The notes beneath the pieces were generated by a model that had not been told where the DNA came from, searched no databases, and saw nothing but the letters and a program-made list of their open reading frames with translations. A stretch of 64,000 bases of DNA from IMG/VR virus record IMGVR_UViG_3300044723_003200, one strand, 5' to 3'. Origin of the DNA: an uncultured virus (IMG/VR IMGVR_UViG_3300044723_003200) (lineage: Duplodnaviria > Heunggongvirae > Uroviricota > Caudoviricetes). The translations under genes and the position numbers were made by a program. Positions 1 through 9,812 of the stretch are shown here, one piece after another; position 1 is the stretch's first letter; the number at the start of each line of letters is the position of its first letter.

Positions 1-1
1 G

Positions 2-118
2 GAGATGATGAATAACTTCACCACTGTCGAATTTGGCTGGCCGGACATCGTGAGATCCGATTTTGTCCGAGACTATATAATGACTAAGGAGATTGTAGAA
101 AGAGGACAAATCCCATGA
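2..118 (+). CDS. phoH: PhoH-like protein, C-terminal fragment (5' truncated by window)
   Basis: Frame 2 reads ...VEFGWPDIVRSDFVRDYIMTKE...*, matching the PhoH C-terminal DIVRS motif; stop overlaps the next ATG (ATGA). Confidence 0.8.
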   Translation, partial: EMMNNFTTVEFGWPDIVRSDFVRDYIMTKEIVERGQIP

Positions 119-579
119 CAAGACTAAGCCAAAACTTTACGTTACAAGAGTACACCAAGTCCCAGACAGCAACCCGTCTGGGGATCGACAATAGTCCAAA
201 CCTAGAACATCTGGCAAACGCTAAGGAATTATTCACATACGTGGTACAACCCGTAAGGGAACACTTTGGAGTCACCCGTATCACATCGGGATATCGTTCT
301 CCCGCACTCAATGAGGCAATCGGAGGATCGTCAAGGTCACAACACTCCAAGGGCCAGGCGGTTGATTTCGAGTGTTCCGGTACAGACAATCTTACGGTGG
401 CCAAGTGGATCAGGGACAATCTAGAGTTCGATCAGTTGATCTCAGAGTTCTATGTTCCGGGCGATCCAACATCTGGTTGGATTCATGTGAGTTGGTCAGG
501 TGAGGACAATCGAAACCAATGTCTAACCGCATCTAGGGTTGATGGTAAAACTCAGTACACTACAGGGTTACCTGAGTGA
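115..579 (+). CDS. Peptidase M15A family (Zn D-Ala-D-Ala peptidase / endolysin-like)
   Basis: LSxNFTL, ITSGYRS, SQHxxGxAVD and WIHVS motifs. Confidence 0.88.
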   Translation: MTRLSQNFTLQEYTKSQTATRLGIDNSPNLEHLANAKELFTYVVQPVREHFGVTRITSGYRSPALNEAIGGSSRSQHSKGQAVDFECSGTDNLTVAKWIRDNLEFDQLISEFYVPGDPTSGWIHVSWSGEDNRNQCLTASRVDGKTQYTTGLPE

Positions 580-1448
580 AGAACATAATCTTTCAATACA
601 TGATCACCAACGAGGACACAGCCTCGCGAGGTAAGGTTCCAGAATACAAAGCTGGGAACGGCGACAGGGTGGAATTGTATCGAAAGACAGCAGACTTATC
701 AGCTGAATCCTTTCGCATCTATGCGGAAAAGATTGGTGCAACTCATCACTACTCTAAGAAGCAGGTATACACAGCAGGTAAATCCGGTAACACGGTTCTG
801 TTGTTTGAATGTCTGAGGTGCATCTACGACGAGATGTACGATGAGTTCGATCAACTCTTGTTTGTCGATACTGACATCATCGCCAATACCGAAGAGAACA
901 TCTTTGAACTTGCGGGTGACTATGATGTCTGTGGTGTCTATGAGTCAGACATAGTCGCTGACAAACAAGGTGGGTACAATACGTGGGACTACAATGATGA
1001 TACCCGCAAGTTGATCGAAGAGAAGTATGCTCGCCATGATATCCCCATTGTGGCGACCAAACCCCCACAGAGACCTTCATGTATCGCTACACTCAACACT
1101 GGGGTTCTGATATGGTCTAGGGAAGCACGACTCAAAGCACGAGAGGTGTTCGATCCTTGGTATGACTATGTCTTGGACGGCATTGAACATAACGATCCGT
1201 TCTGGCTGAACAATGACCAACCTTGGATCTCTGGTCAACTGGTCAAACACGGGTTTTCGGTTCTGGGTCTTGATCAGACATGGAATGACACCCCCACCCA
1301 CTATCGTGACTGGCATGGGGACTATGGCGAAAATGCACAGAGTGCCTATGACAAGTGGAGGAACAAGAACTTCCTTCATTATACTGGTGGTGGGAACAAG
1401 GTTGAGATGTTGAGGCATCATCAAATGGATCTATTTAAGTACGTATAA
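576..1448 (+). CDS. GT-A fold glycosyltransferase (GT8-like)
   Basis: LFVDTD DxD motif, LNTGV, NDQ, WN, FLHY. Confidence 0.75.
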   Translation: MKNIIFQYMITNEDTASRGKVPEYKAGNGDRVELYRKTADLSAESFRIYAEKIGATHHYSKKQVYTAGKSGNTVLLFECLRCIYDEMYDEFDQLLFVDTDIIANTEENIFELAGDYDVCGVYESDIVADKQGGYNTWDYNDDTRKLIEEKYARHDIPIVATKPPQRPSCIATLNTGVLIWSREARLKAREVFDPWYDYVLDGIEHNDPFWLNNDQPWISGQLVKHGFSVLGLDQTWNDTPTHYRDWHGDYGENAQSAYDKWRNKNFLHYTGGGNKVEMLRHHQMDLFKYV

Positions 1449-1452
1449 TCTC

Positions 1453-1481
1453 TTGACAAATCCTGTTCCTACTGTTATAAT
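1453..1481 (+). promoter_or_regulatory. sigma70-type early promoter
   Basis: TTGACA-17 nt-TATAAT, intergenic, upstream of AAGGAG RBS and GTG at 1512. Confidence 0.85.
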
Positions 1482-1511
1482 AGGAACATAATCAAGAAGT
1501 AAGGAGTAAAA

Positions 1512-2096
1512 GTGCTAGATCAGTACCACAAAGTCATCTTGACCGATGCGGATGGTGTACTGCTAAACTGGGGATACGCATTCGATGTCTGGATGACAGA
1601 GAAAGGTTACAAGGTTGTCAACAAGAACGCATACGGTATCCACGAAATTTTTGATGGACTCAGCAAGCCAGAGTCCAAGAGACTGATTCGAGAGTTTAAC
1701 GAGAGTGCAGCAGTCGGTTTCATCCCACCACTACGAGACGCAATCCAATACGTGAGGAAACTTCACGAAGAACACGGATACGTCTTTCACCTTATCACAA
1801 GTCTGAGTAAGAACGAGAACGCACAGAAGTTACGAACCATGAACATCAAGAAGTTGTTCGGTGAGACTGCGTTTGAGAAGTTCATCTACCTTGATACGGG
1901 TGCTGACAAGGACGAAGTCCTGAAGCAGTACGAAGGTACGGGATATACTTGGGTCGAAGACAAGGTTGAGAACGCAGACGCTGGAGACCAGTTCGGTCTG
2001 GACTCTATTGTCATGGAACACGGTTACAACATGGACTGTGAGAAATACCCTTTGATGAAGGGCTGGAAAGATGTCTACGAATACCTAGTTGGTTGA
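1512..2096 (+). CDS. HAD-superfamily hydrolase (5'-nucleotidase-like)
   Basis: ILTDADGVLLNW motif I, ITS motif II, WVEDK motif IV. Confidence 0.8.
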   Translation: MLDQYHKVILTDADGVLLNWGYAFDVWMTEKGYKVVNKNAYGIHEIFDGLSKPESKRLIREFNESAAVGFIPPLRDAIQYVRKLHEEHGYVFHLITSLSKNENAQKLRTMNIKKLFGETAFEKFIYLDTGADKDEVLKQYEGTGYTWVEDKVENADAGDQFGLDSIVMEHGYNMDCEKYPLMKGWKDVYEYLVG

Positions 2097-2111
2097 TGTA
2101 TACATACTTAC

Positions 2112-3629
2112 ATGAGATATGTAGGTTTTTCAGAGTTTTTTCATGACGCGAGTCTTGCCATCGTCAATCAAGACGGTTCGGTAGAATTTGCGTCCCAAGC
2201 AGAACGGTACAGTGGTCTGAAGATGGATCACTTGATACCCCCAGAGATGTGGTCGTTTGTAAATAAAGACGATCATGTCACCTATTACGAGGACGCAGAT
2301 CTTCGTAGGGAAAAGATGGGTGGTATGCGTACCTTCCAAAATAATCCAGATGTTGCTAGAAAGGCAAAACGAGGTTGGATTGATACCGCATATCCCATGC
2401 GGAACTCCCTTACCTTTGATACCTTTAACGAACATCACGAGAGTCACTGCGCCCTAGCATTTCTGACTCGTCCGTGGGAATCAAAAGAAGACACTGTCAT
2501 GGTGTCTGTTGACGGTTCTGGTGAACTAGAGTCTTTGGTCATCAAAGACCACAACTTCAAGACGATCAAACAAATACTGTGGCCTCAATCCTTGGGGTCT
2601 ATGTACGGGACAGTAACATCTGCTCTAGGATTCAAGGCATTAAGAGACGAATATATTGTCATGGGTCTGGCATCATATGGTCAAGTAGATAAGACTCTCT
2701 ATGACATCCTTCACAATATGTACTATTGGTTTGAAAGCGAGCATGGTCGTAATGTGAGGCAGATAGTAGACTTCGAGGGACACTGTATCGCGGAGAGTGC
2801 CTTGTCTGCAAAGTATGTTGACTATGAGAACAAGATTCTGAAACGAATCAAGGGTATCTCAGAAGAAGATGCCAGTGCAACTATACAGAAGTTCTTTGAG
2901 GTTGAAGTACTCAAGGTGATGAAGGAAGCGCGTAAGTACGGTTCCAAACTCGTCTACAGTGGCGGTTGTGCACAGAACGTGACCGCGAACTCTAAGATCT
3001 ACGAACTGTTCGATGACATGCATATCGCCATTGCACCAAATGATGCGGGTAACGCACTAGGGTGTGCCCTGTACTCGTGGCACAAGGCCACAGGCGGGGA
3101 CAATGTAAAGTGTACTCCATACCTTGGTCACAACATTGATCGTCCCATAGACCCCAAGGCAGTCGCTCAATACCTTGTTGATGTGAAAATATGTGGTGTT
3201 GCGAATGGTCGTGCTGAGTATGGGCCTCGCGCACTTGGTAATCGTTCTCTGTTGGCGGATGTACGGTATGATGTAAAAGACACCGTCAATATGATCAAAC
3301 GTAGACATAAGTTTAGACCCTTTGCACCCGCTATCCTTTCTGAGTACGCTGACGAGTATTTTGAAGGGCCTATGAACGAGTATATGCAGTATACTGCAAA
3401 GGCAAAACATGACTACTCATCGGTCACCCATGTAGACGGTACAGCGAGAGTGCAGTTGGTCAAACCCGATTGTGAGTCCGTCTTACGTCAAATTCTAGAG
3501 GAGTACTACGAGTTGACGGGTGTTCCTATGTTGTTGAACACATCTCTGAACATACGCAACAGACCGATGGTGAACACCATAGAAGATGCCGAAGAGTGGG
3601 AACGCAAGTATAACGTAAAGGTATTCTGA
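2112..3629 (+). CDS. Carbamoyltransferase (NodU/CmcH family)
   Basis: HDAS, ERYS, HHESH, VDGSGE, SGGCAQN, EYGPRALGNRS, FRPFAP, THVDGTARVQ, LLNTSLN. Confidence 0.93.
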   Translation: MRYVGFSEFFHDASLAIVNQDGSVEFASQAERYSGLKMDHLIPPEMWSFVNKDDHVTYYEDADLRREKMGGMRTFQNNPDVARKAKRGWIDTAYPMRNSLTFDTFNEHHESHCALAFLTRPWESKEDTVMVSVDGSGELESLVIKDHNFKTIKQILWPQSLGSMYGTVTSALGFKALRDEYIVMGLASYGQVDKTLYDILHNMYYWFESEHGRNVRQIVDFEGHCIAESALSAKYVDYENKILKRIKGISEEDASATIQKFFEVEVLKVMKEARKYGSKLVYSGGCAQNVTANSKIYELFDDMHIAIAPNDAGNALGCALYSWHKATGGDNVKCTPYLGHNIDRPIDPKAVAQYLVDVKICGVANGRAEYGPRALGNRSLLADVRYDVKDTVNMIKRRHKFRPFAPAILSEYADEYFEGPMNEYMQYTAKAKHDYSSVTHVDGTARVQLVKPDCESVLRQILEEYYELTGVPMLLNTSLNIRNRPMVNTIEDAEEWERKYNVKVF

Positions 3630-4141
3630 TGGCTGAGTGGGTAAAGACCTATGATCTGCGAGGAGAACGATTTGAAAAAGACCGAGTGGAGATTCTTGGT
3701 CACGTAGATCAAATCAAACGCAACAACGATACTCGCTTCGCGAAGATGTCTAATTCTGATTACAAGTTACACAGGGATGTCAGTCGAACAACTTATGAAC
3801 CCATCGTAACTAGAATGGTGAAACCCGCATTAGAAAACTACATGCGTCAATACCACTGTGAGCTCTTGGATATAAAACGAGTGTGGTTTGCCGAGTATTT
3901 CAATGGGGCAGACTTTGGATGGCATACACATGAAGGGTGTAACTTATCTGCTGTCCTACATATAGTATGTGAAGAAGAATACGCCACAGAGTTACTTGGG
4001 TATAGACATAAAATGGGTGAAGGGGATTTCATAGTCTTTCCTGCTATGTTACCCCACAGAGGAAAACCCGTCCACCGAGGACGCAAACTTGTGATAGGTT
4101 TTAATATCGATATGGCAGGAAGCACACTAAACGGAGAATAA
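3629..4141 (+). CDS. Putative 2OG-Fe(II) oxygenase
   Basis: WHTH...LSAV, EGDFIVFPAMLPH, terminal IGFN typical of phage 2OG oxygenases. Confidence 0.7.
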   Translation: MAEWVKTYDLRGERFEKDRVEILGHVDQIKRNNDTRFAKMSNSDYKLHRDVSRTTYEPIVTRMVKPALENYMRQYHCELLDIKRVWFAEYFNGADFGWHTHEGCNLSAVLHIVCEEEYATELLGYRHKMGEGDFIVFPAMLPHRGKPVHRGRKLVIGFNIDMAGSTLNGE

Positions 4142-4142
4142 A

Positions 4143-4469
4143 ATGGGCGAAGATATTGCAAAGACAGGACATCACCCAGCCGATACAAACGGTGATGGTA
4201 AAGTAACAGCAGAAGAACAAGAGATGTATCTTGAGTTCAAACGCAAAGAACTTGAAGATGCGGATGCAATGCGTGACGCACAACGGAAGATGGCATGGTT
4301 CTCTCTATTGGGTATGTTGAACTATCCTTTAGGTGTGTTCTTGACTGTCCTGTTTGGATTAGATAAAGCTGCTGAGATCATTGGGGATATTGCGTCAGTT
4401 TACTTTGTATCCGTTGCTGCCATCGTCGCAGCCTTCTTTGGTGCACAGGCATACCAGAAACCTAAGTAA
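4143..4469 (+). CDS. Small membrane protein with an EF-hand-like loop
   Basis: DTNGDGKVTAEE loop followed by two hydrophobic helices. Confidence 0.6.
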   Translation: MGEDIAKTGHHPADTNGDGKVTAEEQEMYLEFKRKELEDADAMRDAQRKMAWFSLLGMLNYPLGVFLTVLFGLDKAAEIIGDIASVYFVSVAAIVAAFFGAQAYQKPK

Positions 4470-5266
4470 TGGAAAAGGTTCGGTGGCGTGGAACATGGGG
4501 TGTCGGTGATGCTATGCACGCCCTCAATGTCTGTCACAACTATTCTTTTGTAAACAAGACAAAGGTTCATCTTGAAATGCACTGGGAGCATGGTGAGGAC
4601 TATCTTCACCACCCAAAAGATCCTGAGACTATCATCCAGCGCATGGAGTGGATTCATAATCAATACCATCGTCAAGATGAGGTTACACTCACCCATGTCT
4701 ATGAGTCAGATCTATTTGAACACGGGAACGTAAACCCCAACAAGAAGAAACACCGCTTCTACTTTGATTCCAACGCATGGAAACCAACTGACGCACCACA
4801 CAATGACTGGATCTTCAAGCCTGAGGTCTTTGTTCCGAAGAAAAAGAAAATCGTAGTGTGGACGCCAACCTACAACAGTGAGCCGCCAAGAAAATGGAAA
4901 AGGTTCTTGACAAAAGATGATTGGTATGATATAATAAGCTTGCTGCGCTGGGAGGGTTGGATACTAGTTGAATTAACCTACAGAACACCTATCAAAGATG
5001 CCTTCAAGCAGATACAAGAAGCAGACTTCATTGTTTGTTACGATGGAATGTGGCACTACATCGCAAGGAATTTTGCAAAACCAATATTCATTCCTTCATG
5101 GGAAGGTATCACAAGCTATCATACTCCGCAAGTAGTGCAGAGACCTAATCGTCATCAGACATTAGAGTTCTTTGCTGATGGTGGTGAATCGTTCACACCC
5201 AACCTAACTGAAATGAAAGTCAGAGCAAAAGAATATATAGACCTATTACAACGGCGGTATTATTGA
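4469..5266 (+). CDS. Putative GT-B glycosyltransferase (GT9-like)
   Basis: N-terminal GVGDAM, C-terminal IQEADFIVCYDGMWHYIA resembling the GT9 DSGxxHxA region. Confidence 0.55.
   Translation: MEKVRWRGTWGVGDAMHALNVCHNYSFVNKTKVHLEMHWEHGEDYLHHPKDPETIIQRMEWIHNQYHRQDEVTLTHVYESDLFEHGNVNPNKKKHRFYFDSNAWKPTDAPHNDWIFKPEVFVPKKKKIVVWTPTYNSEPPRKWKRFLTKDDWYDIISLLRWEGWILVELTYRTPIKDAFKQIQEADFIVCYDGMWHYIARNFAKPIFIPSWEGITSYHTPQVVQRPNRHQTLEFFADGGESFTPNLTEMKVRAKEYIDLLQRRYY
4907..4935 (+). promoter_or_regulatory. Intragenic consensus sigma70 promoter
   Basis: TTGACA-17-TATAAT with extended TG. Confidence 0.55.
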
Positions 5267-5297
5267 TGAAGAAATTGGAAGACGTAACAGTCATGGA

Positions 5298-6275
5298 ATG
5301 GGTCATTTTTCTATGAACATAGACCGTGCGGTCATTGAGATCAATGGTGGATGCAACTACTCGTGTACTATGTGTCCCCAAGATATGCGTACCGGAGGTA
5401 GACACAAAGACTTCCTCGCAAAGATGTCACTCGAAGAGTTTGAACAAAACGTGGCTGACTGTGCACAACACGGTCTGCGTATAGTTAACCTAGAGGGAAG
5501 TGGAGAACCCACACTCAACCGTAATTTGCCTGAGTACATCAAGATCGTAAAGAAGTATGGTGCAAAGGCATTTATGTTCTCCAATGGGTTTCGTATGCGT
5601 GGTCAGTTTATGGCTGACTGTGTAGATGCGGGACTTGACTTCTATCGATTCTCGTTCATTGGGTATAACCCCGCAAAGTATGACGAGTGGATGAACAATA
5701 CTATTGGAGGCAACTTCAATAACATTGTAGAGAACATACGACAAATGAAAGCGTATGTTGATAAGACTGAGAGTGATTGTGTTGTTGCAACCTATCACTT
5801 GATTACCGACAATAACAACCTAGAATCTGAATTGAATCAATACCGTAAATTAGTCGATGACCTTGGAGTCAAGACTGAGATATGGAAAATGCATAACTGG
5901 TCTGGTGTCTACAATATAGGAGACAACCAGCGTAACGGTGAGGTAAAGACCTGTGGAAGACCTTTCAGTCCTGATGTTGTTATTCGTGCTGGTGGTAGGG
6001 ATGGTAAAAGAGGCGCTGTCGCTCCTTGTTGCCAAGTACTCGGACAAGACGAACTGGCCGTCTTGGGACACACTAGCGAAAACACTATCGAAGAGATTTG
6101 GTACGGTGAAGAGTACACTAAGCTTCGTAATGATCACACTAGTGGAAGCTACCCCGATTATTGCCGTAGTTGCGACTTTCTTCTGGATGATCCAGAAGTC
6201 CTAGTGTACACGAATCATGAACGTGATTTGATGAAGATGCATGGTACAGAGTTTGACCTCAACGATTACCGATAA
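5298..6275 (+). CDS. Radical SAM protein with SPASM/twitch domain (start may be 5313)
   Basis: CNYSCTMC, GSGEP, SNG; C-terminal C..PF, PCC, EIW, CRSC. Confidence 0.9.
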   Translation: MGHFSMNIDRAVIEINGGCNYSCTMCPQDMRTGGRHKDFLAKMSLEEFEQNVADCAQHGLRIVNLEGSGEPTLNRNLPEYIKIVKKYGAKAFMFSNGFRMRGQFMADCVDAGLDFYRFSFIGYNPAKYDEWMNNTIGGNFNNIVENIRQMKAYVDKTESDCVVATYHLITDNNNLESELNQYRKLVDDLGVKTEIWKMHNWSGVYNIGDNQRNGEVKTCGRPFSPDVVIRAGGRDGKRGAVAPCCQVLGQDELAVLGHTSENTIEEIWYGEEYTKLRNDHTSGSYPDYCRSCDFLLDDPEVLVYTNHERDLMKMHGTEFDLNDYR

Positions 6276-6867
6276 CATATGGATGATACAGATGCCTGAC
6301 AATCAGGTATCTCAACACTATGTAAAACAGGTACTACCAAGTTGGGAATCACATGGTTTTCATGTGAATATGTTTGATGCGGTAACGCCAGAGACTCTGC
6401 ATCTGTACAACGATATACAGATCGATCAGTACCATGGGAAACGTGACTATACTCCTTCAGAAATGGGGTGTTGGTATAGTCACTATCTTCTCTGGGAGAA
6501 GTGCGTCGAGGAGGACAAGCCTATCACGGTGATCGAACATGACACCGAGTGCCTGACCTCCGAGATGCCTATCATTGCTCCTTACTTCTCTATCTGTCAG
6601 TTTCAAAACGACGATGAGTTTCACAACTACTGTGATAGGTTCAGGGGTCACCCATACTGGTGGGATCTGAAACTCTGCCCCATAACGTCAGCATACTACA
6701 TCGAGCCTGATGTGGCAGAGGAGTTGCTTCTCGAATGTGTGACTGAAGTCCACACTAGATACATTGATGATATAATGTTTGACAAACTGGACAGAGACTT
6801 GAACCTGATTACAAAGTATTGCAGACCAGTCTACGATCAGACCATTGGTGGCACGGTAGGTCACTGA
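6241..6867 (+). CDS. Glycosyltransferase family 25-like (start uncertain)
   Basis: FDAV, EMGCWYSHYLLW, VIEHD, AYYI. Confidence 0.75.
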   Translation: MVQSLTSTITDNIWMIQMPDNQVSQHYVKQVLPSWESHGFHVNMFDAVTPETLHLYNDIQIDQYHGKRDYTPSEMGCWYSHYLLWEKCVEEDKPITVIEHDTECLTSEMPIIAPYFSICQFQNDDEFHNYCDRFRGHPYWWDLKLCPITSAYYIEPDVAEELLLECVTEVHTRYIDDIMFDKLDRDLNLITKYCRPVYDQTIGGTVGH

Positions 6868-7736
6868 TGCGTATCGCTGTGCTCGTGAATGGGATATATC
6901 CTTCGGAGATACCTCCATGGATGTTGATGGAATGTCATCACAGACTACAACGAGCCTTCGAGGGATGTGACTTCTATTATCAGATGTGGGACACCGACGA
7001 AAATAGACTCAAAATCAATACTTCGGGATTCCCTTACGCAGATAGAATTTTTTGGACAATACAACCGAGAATTGGTTACAACCCATATGTGTTGGCTATA
7101 GAGGATAATATTCTACCGGACAAGTTCGCAGATCAATACAATAAATATATGAATACACGTTTGAGTACTTACCTCAATCGCACAGCCCAACACTTGGGGT
7201 TCCAGAACCTTTGGCAATCTCTCACAAAAGAATATGATTACTACTATCGTGTCCGCTGGGATACTTGGATCAGTAACAAGTTTGATCTAAAAAAATCACT
7301 TGACTTAGTAGACCAAGGTGTGGTAGGATATAACATCAGTATAGAGAATGGGAGTTTATACGCTGGCCAACTTGGTATGTGGAAGATTAGATATGACCGA
7401 ACTCGTAGAATGCGTGAGATTACGAGAGACCAGTGTGAGTCCGGTGAATACACTTTGGTGGAAAACGATAACGAGGTTCTAGGATACAGGTACGACAACT
7501 TCCTATCGGATTTCTGTATAGGGTTCAAGCGCAGCGACTATGATGGTAATGCTCTCGAATTGTCATCACAGGAAAAACTATATCCATCAGAGTGGGGATG
7601 GCATCAATTGTTGGCGAATAAACGGAGACACATAAATGTTAACGGTCTTGCTGCAATTGTTCGTATCATAGATCCATCCCTACGAACATTTCTGAACGTA
7701 ACAAAACAAAAAGTGGATTTCCAATGGAACGAATGA
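6867..7736 (+). CDS. Hypothetical glycan-related protein (paralog-like of 14680-15513)
   Basis: TGATG overlap start; MRIAVLVNG and YDYYYRVRWD motifs shared with 14680 (MKVALCLSG, YDMIIRTRFD). Confidence 0.55.
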   Translation: MRIAVLVNGIYPSEIPPWMLMECHHRLQRAFEGCDFYYQMWDTDENRLKINTSGFPYADRIFWTIQPRIGYNPYVLAIEDNILPDKFADQYNKYMNTRLSTYLNRTAQHLGFQNLWQSLTKEYDYYYRVRWDTWISNKFDLKKSLDLVDQGVVGYNISIENGSLYAGQLGMWKIRYDRTRRMREITRDQCESGEYTLVENDNEVLGYRYDNFLSDFCIGFKRSDYDGNALELSSQEKLYPSEWGWHQLLANKRRHINVNGLAAIVRIIDPSLRTFLNVTKQKVDFQWNE

Positions 7737-8515
7737 TATTCCAAGTGGCGGTAGGCAAACCGTCCAAACTATACGATCACTGCATTGAGTCAGTATCGGA
7801 CTACTGTGACAAATATGATATCAAGCATATCGTATTGTCTCAACCTAAGCTGCGAATCAAACCTGATCTCTTTTCCAGTGGCCGTAGTGAAGAGTCTTAT
7901 ATGAAGTATGGAGGATACCTTCCTATCTACGAGAAGGAGAATGCGTTTGAGTTTCTAGATGACTATGATCAGATTGCAATCGTGGATGCAGACATCTATA
8001 TCCGTCCAGACGCACCAAACATCTTTGAGGAGTTTGGAACGGATCATGCCTTTGGTGCAGTGGCTGAACGCGAGATGGATTGTGAAGCGTGGTATGTCAA
8101 AAAGATTAAGAACTACTCCCGTATGCAGTATCAAGGACTACACTCTTCTGGTATTGATTTCAAACCAAGTGGTACTCATGGGTATGAGTTTTTTAACATG
8201 GGTCTGATACTGCTGAACAGCAAGTTATTCAAACCCTATCTAAAGGGACAGACTCCTCATGACTTTCTGATGCGTGTAGAGTTCAAGGACTTTGTTGATG
8301 GTGTTGGCACCTACAAGTGGAGTACGGATCAGACTCTCCTGAACTACTTTCTGAAGAAGTATAAGATCCCAACCAAACACATGAGTAATAGATGGAATGG
8401 CCTGTTCAGTGCCGTACAGAACCTCAAGGACTGTCACTTTGTGCACTTCTTTCTGAAAGACAAACTACCGGCTCGAGGGGAAAATGTCAAGGAGTTGATG
8501 AAACAAATCGTATAA
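7724..8515 (+). CDS. GT-A fold glycosyltransferase (GT8-like)
   Basis: IVDADI, FFNMG, DQTLLN, WN, FVHF. Confidence 0.8.
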   Translation: MERMIFQVAVGKPSKLYDHCIESVSDYCDKYDIKHIVLSQPKLRIKPDLFSSGRSEESYMKYGGYLPIYEKENAFEFLDDYDQIAIVDADIYIRPDAPNIFEEFGTDHAFGAVAEREMDCEAWYVKKIKNYSRMQYQGLHSSGIDFKPSGTHGYEFFNMGLILLNSKLFKPYLKGQTPHDFLMRVEFKDFVDGVGTYKWSTDQTLLNYFLKKYKIPTKHMSNRWNGLFSAVQNLKDCHFVHFFLKDKLPARGENVKELMKQIV

Positions 8516-8518
8516 ATA
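8511..8518 (+). promoter_or_regulatory. T4-type late promoter
   Basis: TATAAATA upstream of GGAG RBS and ATG 8556. Confidence 0.75.
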
Positions 8519-8555
8519 AATATGGTTATATCAATAGAGTGAATAGGAGAAACCT

Positions 8556-9254
8556 ATGTTAGACCCAAAAGAGTTTGTAAAGAATATCCGTGAGGATAAT
8601 GAAGCACTGTTTGAAGCATCCAAGATGAATGTCAGGGCATACTTCGAGGGTGACCTCTCTGAAGAAGAGATGGTAGATCACTTCGTTGGCCGTATGGTCA
8701 ATGAACGTATGAACATGACCGAGATCTCTCAGCGTGTTGCCAATGCACCCGATGACATGTCAGCAAAGGAACTTATGTTGTTGACCCGTCAGGCAAACGA
8801 TGAGGCAAAACACTTCCGTATGGTGAAGGAAGTCATCGAACACATCTCTGGTGAAGAGGTAGACGTAGAGGCAGAACTTGCCCGTGAACGTAAACTCAAC
8901 ACCGCGAAGGGTGCTGTACTGTTGGAGGAACTCAACTGTGCAGAAGACGAAGCCGCACTGGCAGCATACCAACTGGTCGCTGAAGGTCGCGCTGAGGCAG
9001 TCTGGGATCAGATGGCAGATACCATTAAGGACAACTTTATCTCTACTCGTTATCGAACCATTGCGCGAGATGAAGGGTTCCATTCCAGTATCGGTGGTTG
9101 GAAACTAGAACAGTTAGCAACGACTAAAGCTGTACAGGATCGTGTCATGGAATTGGTCGAAAAGATCCGTCACGACATGTTTGAGATCAACTGTCGAAAC
9201 ACGACTGACACTCCTGCTGCACGACAACTCGTGCACGAGGCATACGGCTGGTAA
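8556..9254 (+). CDS. Ferritin-like di-iron protein
   Basis: Paired E...DEAKH and E...DEGFH (ExxH) motifs in a helical protein. Confidence 0.75.
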   Translation: MLDPKEFVKNIREDNEALFEASKMNVRAYFEGDLSEEEMVDHFVGRMVNERMNMTEISQRVANAPDDMSAKELMLLTRQANDEAKHFRMVKEVIEHISGEEVDVEAELARERKLNTAKGAVLLEELNCAEDEAALAAYQLVAEGRAEAVWDQMADTIKDNFISTRYRTIARDEGFHSSIGGWKLEQLATTKAVQDRVMELVEKIRHDMFEINCRNTTDTPAARQLVHEAYGW

Positions 9255-9812
9255 ATGAAGATTGGACTCTCTCAACGAGTCCTCACGCACAACGGAATAG
9301 TTCATGACTCACTGGAACGGAACTGGTATCGGTTCTTGTCGGGTCATGAACTCCTTCCTATCCCAAACTGTCGTGAAGACTTAGATTATGAAACTCTCGC
9401 AGATTCCCTAGACCTTCTCATTCTTACTGGTGGCGGCAACGAAGAGATTCGTGTCACCACAGAGATCTATCTTGCTACTGAGATGGTCAAGCTCGGGAAA
9501 CCTATTCTTGGTGTGTGTCACGGGGCATTCCTACTTACGGAAATCCTTGGTGGTCGCACCGGAGAAAAACAAAACCACATGATGGTTGATCATCTCGTGT
9601 ACAATAACGGATCACCCCATACGGTGAACAGTTATCATAATATTTTTGTTGCCAAACCACCCCCAGATAGTGTAGTATTATGTACTGATGAAGATGGAGA
9701 TGTTGAAGCGTGGTATAAAGGCAACATCTGCGCTATTGTTTGGCATCCCGAAAGAATGTCGATGCCGTATGTGCCCAGTGAAATTTTGGAGGCGACTTGC
9801 CTAATAAACTAG
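9255..9812 (+). CDS. Class I glutamine amidotransferase (peptidase C26-like)
   Basis: LTGG, PILGVCHG nucleophile elbow, VNSYH, WHPE. Confidence 0.88.
   Translation: MKIGLSQRVLTHNGIVHDSLERNWYRFLSGHELLPIPNCREDLDYETLADSLDLLILTGGGNEEIRVTTEIYLATEMVKLGKPILGVCHGAFLLTEILGGRTGEKQNHMMVDHLVYNNGSPHTVNSYHNIFVAKPPPDSVVLCTDEDGDVEAWYKGNICAIVWHPERMSMPYVPSEILEATCLIN

Noticed and set aside
8556..9254. Calling the ferritin-like gene nrdB or aldehyde decarbonylase
   Set aside because: Only generic ExxH motifs are visible; too short for NrdB and no family-specific evidence.
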